DNA of 63,876 nucleotides from a virus (Duplodnaviria; Caudoviricetes): IMG/VR virus record IMGVR_UViG_3300031963_000134, positions 1 to 63,876 of that record; one strand, 5' to 3'. Shown piece by piece: positions 58,301 to 63,876 of this stretch (position 1 is its first letter; each line of letters starts with the position of its first letter). The notes under the pieces were generated by a model. It saw only the letters and a program-made list of their open reading frames with translations, ran no database searches and was not told where the DNA came from. The position numbers and the translations under genes were made by a program.

Positions 58301-58634
58301 CAAAATTCATATTCTTATATCCAGCACCATAGGATGCTGCTCTTGTATAAGAATATTTATCTCTTGTATGATCTAGATTCTTAAGACCACTTGATAAAGC
58401 TTTAATATAATCTCCAGAAGAATTATTACCTCTAGCTCTAGGACTTGGTACAGGACCAGTATTAAAATCTCCTTGAAGCTGTTGATTTATATTAATAGTA
58501 GGAGGAATACCATCGGGTATATAGTTTGTTAATGTTGGTATGGGAGCTTTTAATAAAGCTGTAGCATCAGATGAAACACTAACTGGTTCGATCGGAGCTG
58601 CACTATATCCTTCAGGAATATTTTTTTCTTCCAT
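52341..58634 (-). CDS. giant virion/ejection protein (2097 aa) with P-loop kinase insert
   Basis: Gly-rich hydrophobic N-terminal segments, degenerate zincin (IIHGLVTK...FVAEAM), GTSGSGKST kinase domain. Confidence 0.8.
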   Translation of the reverse strand: MEEKNIPEGYSAAPIEPVSVSSDATALLKAPIPTLTNYIPDGIPPTININQQLQGDFNTGPVPSPRARGNNSSGDYIKALSSGLKNLDHTRDKYSYTRAASYGAGYKNMNFERYYRHGMYDKLGFNPYRDNETLYNEKGSWWDDGVRAFVPTMKGIGLGFLSGLPGSSLWGDEDYWNKELEKSMAIGTTTRGGVGGWITNFGLNAGYSIGILGEMAVENLALGLISPFTGGTSLGAAGARSALKFDKLTRMLNGSYDTIKQLKNIDSAKSVFDIAKSGAKTVGNFLNPLENTTELVSNAIKGKKSFENMTTLAKMSKSFGAFYNDARQLDLAFSESLLEGAGAKAQHIQNSLDAYYAKHGELPTGEEAQKIADSGDSIKFNTVMSNAALIYTTNKFVFEDMFDRVRAKGRMAASFLEGDKRALTKTAAKEFKVGQTQAYKAAEEAAKWSVKGSLKKIATSPYNPVSLKYLSKNISEAFQEAGQESITAGMLDYERRKLEDPTYASSYNWLSGIAHGMGEQLSLEGLNVFAQGYLTGGILGPLQGGIIKGLNAADNIFQGKDRATIEKERTERQNKIQERNNERINAANFITDNIFVLDKNRRAENNANTITTAQDAKQARQNGDVKAEKDLNFETEFNHMWTLASSNSTNLVIDHFNDILKLDDQAFAEAHDLDISDVADGRKTVQEKIDFAKKLQKQYNLAKEKFANPYEPWTINKEENPIEFAEAVNAYQGWEDGVKHIIFNVNAAEDTASRMSSLSDTLGNKKGFFKSLFTGFKNGKPFSEVNSEDVTVLLDHSQRGQMKKALSSQISILETGTDEQKAEAEKLKKKLDLLNAWDAKADHNSRLIKTTELSEFSPQENERRKKYAQFRKGAKVVDKKTGEEFTIASVLKDGTATLKDSKGKEKTVNRLDAVDAYDVSKESTMPEKYAGMGDDVSESLADLYDTYVEYMRYIASMNDVEIMDSSLNEAFDMIKDFYYLDNDRQALAKTINMLSDPQYFSRYADIRKKIREELAKRKKEIVLKGYNKSKEYEDKNSLLSKLFDLGVFVPEDEMIYLIKNDLRGEQLQDGSYGGVTFYDTVNKKVVPFNSELFKKILDVVEEYEKNNAATVLGKAIIEEKEVVRFFNLGKYQDDERTLADLGEQFGFDPRAESTTVSAQELILSLIDSTYIRDQQSRALLKRLLSVIPEDAKVTFVKNLESMNKYDPSTKELFIDARYASSDYMGTTGYPIESSIIHGLVTKVATEQVLDDKATSDKITDLRDLTIKHLKGKTDIDPRIKALIEEDVALSDNVNFVAEAMMNEAFQKLLGEIKIDPKERPQYKNDVWKEFIQAVKEFLASAFKIDSNATVLESVQELFGQGLEQVSIPSETETVAKPEGKTQTGKEVKVTTPVENMDRELLEKLVTLYREEFREDDITPKFDAPYDEIVVSTTFKQMVQSNSRARDIIKRYNEEKQFVPAEEKKSLTKIEPKRKIPSKGETILFSGPASKQGEADTVVLVDKTFVVEEVKSDWNDELNREEKLIRLRDPETNELYLIDMKSEDASQYVIEKTTPVTTAGTFTPTTTYGTPTGPELTTATTPVSDVEAKKADIILPIGTSGSGKSTWIKSVNKNNEFVVISPDEMRIEFTGDINDKSKDDEIYEAVKERAINAVKEGKRVIIDSTNLRKDRRRPFINAVKEALPTANIKYKLMPLNPELAKQRIKADIAAGVERADVSDATIDRHAATYIEMLQDIKSEDISNYDAEPATLEAKPEVVPSAEPVKAPDIEKERRKELGDTATLRFSPIGFVGYDVYGRRYEIISKKDKYGRSLEYTKNGERFTFNPLTVRENVLSPYNVPDAFVELYSKDPRPINEKYDAMYLDAVSKGEMSREQAMQALEKAGRKNSVVYKELASLEQTAKPKEPVETGRTFNTVEELSEAWNDIQSVEDAKAWYDKAVLSLGIIDNRFTAEVIDEMYQKAIIKFAKEVKFKDLTVGKVVIMFDKTLRKVVSNNGKTVVLGSINAQESSPKDLKPLEFTKGTFKKNGIMYMANENLNTVLEEQKKITPEDNKASNEVVNSMADDDMSADERYEYVKTKSLAEIEQESLEILISCNVK

Positions 58635-58636
58635 TA

Positions 58637-61600
58637 TTATCTAACTGTTTGAAGATTACGTTCAAGGTTTTGCTGATACAACTCTTGTAATGAAGTTCCT
58701 TGAGAAACTTTAGGATCTCCAGAAAGAATTAATGAGCCATCAGGTGCAAAATTTAAAAGGTTAGTATTGTAAATTCTACCTCTACCTGTTTGCATAACCT
58801 CCTTATTGTATCTTTCCATTTCTTGTAAAACCGGGAAAAATGTTTCATAAACAGCTTGACCTCTAGACATAGGAGGAGTACTCATTGTCCAGTTATCTAC
58901 TTGTTCAAGTTTACCATTTTTAACTCCCATAATATTAGCTGTGACATCAAAACTACCATCTGCTTTTTGTTTACTAATAGTTACTTTACCAGCATTAGGT
59001 AATTCTAAATCAACATCTTTATGTTGCAGAATTATATCATATGGTTGATACTTATGAGATTGTGTAAATGCATTAGTAGCTTTCTCTTTAGGGACATACA
59101 TTGTAAACCCTTCAGCAATTTTAGGATAAGCTTTTAATGTCTTTTTACCATCTTCACCTTTAAATAATTCATCAATTAATTTTTGTGATGGCTGAATATG
59201 TAATCCAACTACATTTTCACTTTCAAGTGCTACATCACCATATTTAACAGTAAAGTTATTTGGCTCAAAATCTTTCTTTTTCATTCTTATCATTTGAGCA
59301 CTTGTCATCATATCATTCTTAACACCGTTAAGTAATATTTTAGCGATAGCAACTTCATCTTCAGGAGCAATAGCATCATCAGCTCTAACAACTTCTTTAC
59401 CTAAGTGAATTGTACCATCACTAATACTATTAAAATCATTAATAAATCCTAATGTACCTTGATAGCCTTGACTCCTAAACTGAACACTATTAAAAGTATA
59501 TCCTGCACCCATAGCAGTAGTACCACCTCCAACACCTAACATAGGATTAGTAGTAAGGGGTTTGATTAATGGTTTACCATTAACTGTTGGATTCTCATTA
59601 TATTTATTTTGAATCATTTCAAGTTGTGTGTCATACAACTCATTCAATATTTCATATCCTTCTTTACTACCAAAAAGAGCATCGTATACATTATAACCAA
59701 GTACTCCTGCAGTTGCAATTTGACCTACAACAGGTATAAAATTTAATGGTGCAGCTACTAAACCTCTTCCAATACCTTTTGTAACTCTACCAAAAAATCC
59801 ATCCCAAAAACCTGGTTCTGAAAGTTTTTCTCTTAAATCTGCATTTTCAGGTTTTCTAAGGAATTCGTTAAACTGTTCTTTACTTCTTAATTTTGTTACT
59901 CCATTTTCTGTAAAAGTCATTGCATCAAGAACTACTTGATTATCTTTATCTTCAATAGTAAGAAGACTTTTTACTGCACTAAGGTTATCACTCATTGTTA
60001 TTTCTGCAGCTTCAACTAGATCTCTAGCTACAGCAACACTTCTTTCAAGCTGGTTACCTCTGCTTTCAAAAAATGTTTTTTGTTCTCCTAAACTTCTAAT
60101 TTCATTTTTAGCTACAATACCTTTATTATAGATTTCTGACAATCTACTAGGATCTACATTTTGAATTATTGAAAAAGCTTGATCAAAATTCAATCCAACT
60201 AAACCGCCTCTTTTAGGATCACGTACGTAATACTTTTGAGAAGCTGCGTCGTAACCTTCTTTTACTACATTACCTTGTGAATCTTTTTCAGCTTTACCTA
60301 ACCAACCATTAAGAAAGTTTTGAGCAACAATTACACTGTTTTTATCTTTTGAATTTTTAATTGTGTGCTCTAAGTTTTTTGTTAGACCTGATACCCATTG
60401 TCTTTGATTACCAATAACGTCATTAGATGCTACAGTTTGAGTTTCTGCTAATGCTCCATATTCATCTTTTTCTGGAGTACTACCACCTTTAAATTCAGAT
60501 GGAGTAGGAACGTTTTCAGATCCTCCACCAGCACCACCACCAGCTCCTCCAATCATTGAGCCACCAGTCATGTAGTCCATCAAAGCTTGTTCCTTTGACA
60601 TTTCATACATGCTTTTACGCTGCTCATTTCTGTCATCTAAATCAGCTTTGATTTGCATTTTCTTTACTTCTAAAGAAAAGTCAAACAAACTTTTAGCATA
60701 TGGATCAGCTTGTAATGATTCTTGAGAATTTGTTAAAGCAGCTACTCCAGTAGCAGCACCAAACATTTCTCTATTAAGAAGATCATTGGCAAACATGCTA
60801 TCGTATCTAGCACGTCTAAGATTTCTGTCTAAACCTTTATCGTAAATTGACTTAGCTACTTTTGTCTGCTCTTCGGTTATCTCATATGATTTAGTAGCAA
60901 AGTCAAAATCTAAACCTGCAGCAGCAAAGTCAATACCTAGATCATCGTCTCCAGTTGTTCCTTCTTTTTCAATAGTTTTCTTTAAGACTTCTTTTTTAGC
61001 TTCTGCTCCAATGAGCTTATCTAAATCTTCCTGTTGTTTTTTCTGAAGGTCAGCTGCGTATTGGTCTAATGATCTGAAATAATCATCCTCAGCTAAATTC
61101 TCATCTCCTCCAAACCTATCTTTATTAGAAAGAATATAATCCTTTCTATTTACATAAGCTTGAGCTTTGTACATGTCAATAACAGCTTGGTCTTTACCAA
61201 GCATGTTTCTAAGAACTTCATGAAAGGGAGTTTGTAATACTGCTCCTCCTTTTTGGATGTATGTATATTTTCCATCCTGAGACCACATTATTTTACCAGG
61301 ACCACCTTTATCACTAAAAAAACCGTAATCCTTAGCAAGTTTCATTGCTTTCTCCTGAATATTTATTTGAGGAATATATTCACCAGGAGACATAGACATC
61401 ATCTGTTCTTTTGATGCCTTTTTAAATTCGTCAGCTTTATAATTAAGATAGTTTACTCCTACATCCCAATATTTACCACCACACTTCTCTTGGTCAATAC
61501 AGTTCTTATAGCTATCAGCAATTTGAAGCTGACGCTTATACTCCTTGGTATAGACCATGTCTTTGAAGATATCTTTGTTTTGATAAAAGCTATCAAAGAC

Positions 61601-61882
61601 TTTGTGTGAAGCATCTACATTCTGTTGTAGGGAAAGATCTAACCCCGACATTTTCTTAATGTCTTGGTCAATCATTTTAAAAAACTGATCTCTTTTAACA
61701 AGACTATCTTCCCGCAACAAATCAGAATTCAAGAGAGTACCATACTTCTGATTTAACGCGTTGTAGTTTGAATCATAAGTAGATTGTCTTTGTTGAAGAA
61801 TGTTTCCCAAAAAGTTGTAATCCGGAGTAAACGGTTGAAACTGGGAAACGTAATCTGTAGTACCGGGAATATAAGTTGCCAT
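58637..61882 (-). CDS. putative ejection/structural protein (1081 aa)
   Basis: MATY...QPFTPDY N-terminus, helical, Gly-rich membrane-like segment. Confidence 0.7.
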   Translation of the reverse strand: MATYIPGTTDYVSQFQPFTPDYNFLGNILQQRQSTYDSNYNALNQKYGTLLNSDLLREDSLVKRDQFFKMIDQDIKKMSGLDLSLQQNVDASHKVFDSFYQNKDIFKDMVYTKEYKRQLQIADSYKNCIDQEKCGGKYWDVGVNYLNYKADEFKKASKEQMMSMSPGEYIPQINIQEKAMKLAKDYGFFSDKGGPGKIMWSQDGKYTYIQKGGAVLQTPFHEVLRNMLGKDQAVIDMYKAQAYVNRKDYILSNKDRFGGDENLAEDDYFRSLDQYAADLQKKQQEDLDKLIGAEAKKEVLKKTIEKEGTTGDDDLGIDFAAAGLDFDFATKSYEITEEQTKVAKSIYDKGLDRNLRRARYDSMFANDLLNREMFGAATGVAALTNSQESLQADPYAKSLFDFSLEVKKMQIKADLDDRNEQRKSMYEMSKEQALMDYMTGGSMIGGAGGGAGGGSENVPTPSEFKGGSTPEKDEYGALAETQTVASNDVIGNQRQWVSGLTKNLEHTIKNSKDKNSVIVAQNFLNGWLGKAEKDSQGNVVKEGYDAASQKYYVRDPKRGGLVGLNFDQAFSIIQNVDPSRLSEIYNKGIVAKNEIRSLGEQKTFFESRGNQLERSVAVARDLVEAAEITMSDNLSAVKSLLTIEDKDNQVVLDAMTFTENGVTKLRSKEQFNEFLRKPENADLREKLSEPGFWDGFFGRVTKGIGRGLVAAPLNFIPVVGQIATAGVLGYNVYDALFGSKEGYEILNELYDTQLEMIQNKYNENPTVNGKPLIKPLTTNPMLGVGGGTTAMGAGYTFNSVQFRSQGYQGTLGFINDFNSISDGTIHLGKEVVRADDAIAPEDEVAIAKILLNGVKNDMMTSAQMIRMKKKDFEPNNFTVKYGDVALESENVVGLHIQPSQKLIDELFKGEDGKKTLKAYPKIAEGFTMYVPKEKATNAFTQSHKYQPYDIILQHKDVDLELPNAGKVTISKQKADGSFDVTANIMGVKNGKLEQVDNWTMSTPPMSRGQAVYETFFPVLQEMERYNKEVMQTGRGRIYNTNLLNFAPDGSLILSGDPKVSQGTSLQELYQQNLERNLQTVR

Positions 61883-61938
61883 CGCACACTAAATTAATTA
61901 AAAATCTAGTAGGTTTATTTCACTTTAAAAGTTTATAG

Positions 61939-63876
61939 TTATCCTTCAGAACTTTGAGATCTACCTTGATAGTTCTGCATACCAGGGTAAGCTATACCTG
62001 GGTTTTGTCCGTAGACATCAAAAGGACTAGTATACAAAGGTTGTCCTGACCAAATCTTATAAGCGACTTCCATTGTTTTACCTGGGTCACTTTGGAAATT
62101 GGGGTTATCCATAAGTTCATTAAAGACATCCTGATACGTCTGTTTTTTACTAGGATCTGCAAATATTTCCCTTGGGTTCTTAAAGATCATTTCCCCACCA
62201 ATTGAAGGATCAACTGCAAACTGAGGAGTAAGAGTGTTAAGGTTAGCTGTATATGCTTTATTAGTAATAGCATTTACATACTGGTTCCTTAATGTCTCAC
62301 GAGCTTTAGCTTTAGAGTTATCAAACTCTTGGTTAACAGTTTGATATTTATCCCAAAGACTAGTATCTCTAGCTGCTTTCATTTGTGCAGCTTGATTATA
62401 GATATTAGCATTTTGAGCAGCTTGTTCATTAGAAACACCAACATTTAAGCTGTTGTATCTACCTAAAATATTAGCTGCATTCTCAGCTTGTTTAGCTTGA
62501 AGATCCGCGTATCTAGCATTAAATGCTTGTGGTCCTGTAAACTGTCCAAGTTGATTAGCTGCGATAGCACTTTGTTCAGCTGCTGCTGCTAACTCTCTAG
62601 TAGGATCATAGAAAGTAACATCAGGAGTTACTACGTTAGCTTCAGCCTGCCATGGGTAATAGTTCTTCAAACGTGCATAATCACCTGCTGCACCAGCTAC
62701 TTTGATAATATCTTGTAACCACCAAGGTGCACCAAATTCAACATTAGGAGTTTTTAATTTTTCAGTCTTAGGTCCATCATCAGTAGTAGATGTTTTCTCT
62801 ACCGTTTCATTAAAACTATCTGCTGCTTCTCCCCATGTAACACCTGGTTTAATTAACTCCAAGTGCTCGAGACCCAAGAAGTTATCAGATTTAAGAGCTG
62901 GTCTATAACCCGCATCTTTAAAGATTTCTTGAGTAGCTCTTACAAGTCCGATTTCATTACCATTAACTAAACGGTTACCTTCTCTAACTGCTTTTGCATC
63001 AGGTTTACCATTAATGATATCTGAAGTGTAAAACGCTTCGGCAGGTTGTTTAAGTTTTGTTTCATCAAATTTACTTACATCGAAACCATAAAACTTTAAC
63101 ATGTTCTTACGGTTTTCAACCATAAGATCAGGATTCTCCTTCATCAATTTTTCATACTCTTCCGCTGTTGTCTGATAGTTGTTAGGAGATAATCCTTTCC
63201 AATATTGATACTCCATGAATTTAGGGTGAGCCCAACCATATGAACCTACCTTACCTTTATTTTGAAGTACAATATCAAATCCTTTACCTTCTGGAGTTCT
63301 AAATCCTAACTTTTTATAATTAGGACCACCAACACTAGAAATACGAGTCATAAACTCTATATCGTCTAGTGATAATACTTCATAGGCGTCTTTACCAATT
63401 ATCCAACCTTTTTCACCTTTGGTATTACTACCCTTCTGAGCTTTACCTGCTTTCTCAAGTTTAGCTAAGATACCTTCAGCTCTTTCAAGATCTGCTTCTA
63501 CAGATTCACCAATGGGTTTGTAATTTTCAAATCCGCTCTTACTAGCTGACACTGGTGCAAACCCTGTAGCTTTAGCATACTTCCCATTTTCTTGTTTAAT
63601 GTAAATCTTACCAGCTTTTACATTATCAAGAGTAATTTTTTCATCGTCTGAAGATGTAACGATAATTGCATCAGAAGGAAGTTCGCTCTTTGTCTTAGTA
63701 GTCTTTGTGGTTGTTACTTCAGTTTTAGTAGCTGGAGCAGTTGTAGTAGTCTGAGCACCAGGTTGGTAAGTTGTTTGAGCTACTTGATTAGGATACATAC
63801 CCGGGTACATATTTGGGTACATAGGATAAGGTACAACTTGACCTCTTGGGTTAGCTTGATTGGGTACATTCATTAC
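61939..63876 (-). CDS. putative virion/ejection protein, probably 5' partial
   Basis: Frame open to window edge; Ala/Gln-rich helical C-terminal half. Confidence 0.7.
   Translation of the reverse strand, partial: VMNVPNQANPRGQVVPYPMYPNMYPGMYPNQVAQTTYQPGAQTTTTAPATKTEVTTTKTTKTKSELPSDAIIVTSSDDEKITLDNVKAGKIYIKQENGKYAKATGFAPVSASKSGFENYKPIGESVEADLERAEGILAKLEKAGKAQKGSNTKGEKGWIIGKDAYEVLSLDDIEFMTRISSVGGPNYKKLGFRTPEGKGFDIVLQNKGKVGSYGWAHPKFMEYQYWKGLSPNNYQTTAEEYEKLMKENPDLMVENRKNMLKFYGFDVSKFDETKLKQPAEAFYTSDIINGKPDAKAVREGNRLVNGNEIGLVRATQEIFKDAGYRPALKSDNFLGLEHLELIKPGVTWGEAADSFNETVEKTSTTDDGPKTEKLKTPNVEFGAPWWLQDIIKVAGAAGDYARLKNYYPWQAEANVVTPDVTFYDPTRELAAAAEQSAIAANQLGQFTGPQAFNARYADLQAKQAENAANILGRYNSLNVGVSNEQAAQNANIYNQAAQMKAARDTSLWDKYQTVNQEFDNSKAKARETLRNQYVNAITNKAYTANLNTLTPQFAVDPSIGGEMIFKNPREIFADPSKKQTYQDVFNELMDNPNFQSDPGKTMEVAYKIWSGQPLYTSPFDVYGQNPGIAYPGMQNYQGRSQSSEG

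Noticed and set aside
32507-62908. Short + strand ORFs opposite the giant genes, and short antisense ORFs in the replication block
   Set aside because: Shadow ORFs with Ser/Leu/Phe-rich composition fully overlapping well-supported genes.
1-63876. Stop-codon reassignment, known in some crAss-like phages
   Set aside because: Very long ORFs are intact in code 11, TAG and TGA end genes normally, and no CUA/UCA suppressor tRNA is present.

Overview
About 64 kb of an AT-rich, crAss-like (Crassvirales-type) dsDNA phage genome in the standard genetic code. The host is probably an environmental Bacteroidetes (inference from gene content and A-rich leaders without Shine-Dalgarno sites). 1-5.6 kb is an early/accessory region unusually dense in structured RNA: a repeated three-way-junction hairpin element, an ~850-nt ornate GOLLD/ROOL-class ncRNA bracketed by long bulged stems, three tRNA-Leu-scaffold elements with different enlarged interiors, and one canonical tRNA-Arg(UCU). 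3.2-31.6 kb (mostly + strand) holds small accessory genes (SET domain, spore photoproduct lyase, UDG, MazG-like) and the replication/recombination module (SF2 helicase, DnaB, RecT-like, primase, RuvC, VWA/MoxR, PD-(D/E)XK nuclease, PolB). 31.6-63.9 kb (- strand) holds giant virion/ejection proteins, including a 4906-aa two-barrel virion RNA polymerase polyprotein with zincin, SLOG-like, ASCH-like and RecD-like modules. Strongest novelty candidates: (i) the three adjacent giant proteins (~9000 aa total) contain only four cysteines, all at facing termini, suggesting a head-to-tail disulfide chain; (ii) conserved RNA scaffolds carrying variable inserts; (iii) the large ornate ncRNA. All calls come from motif reading by eye; no searches or folding programs were run.
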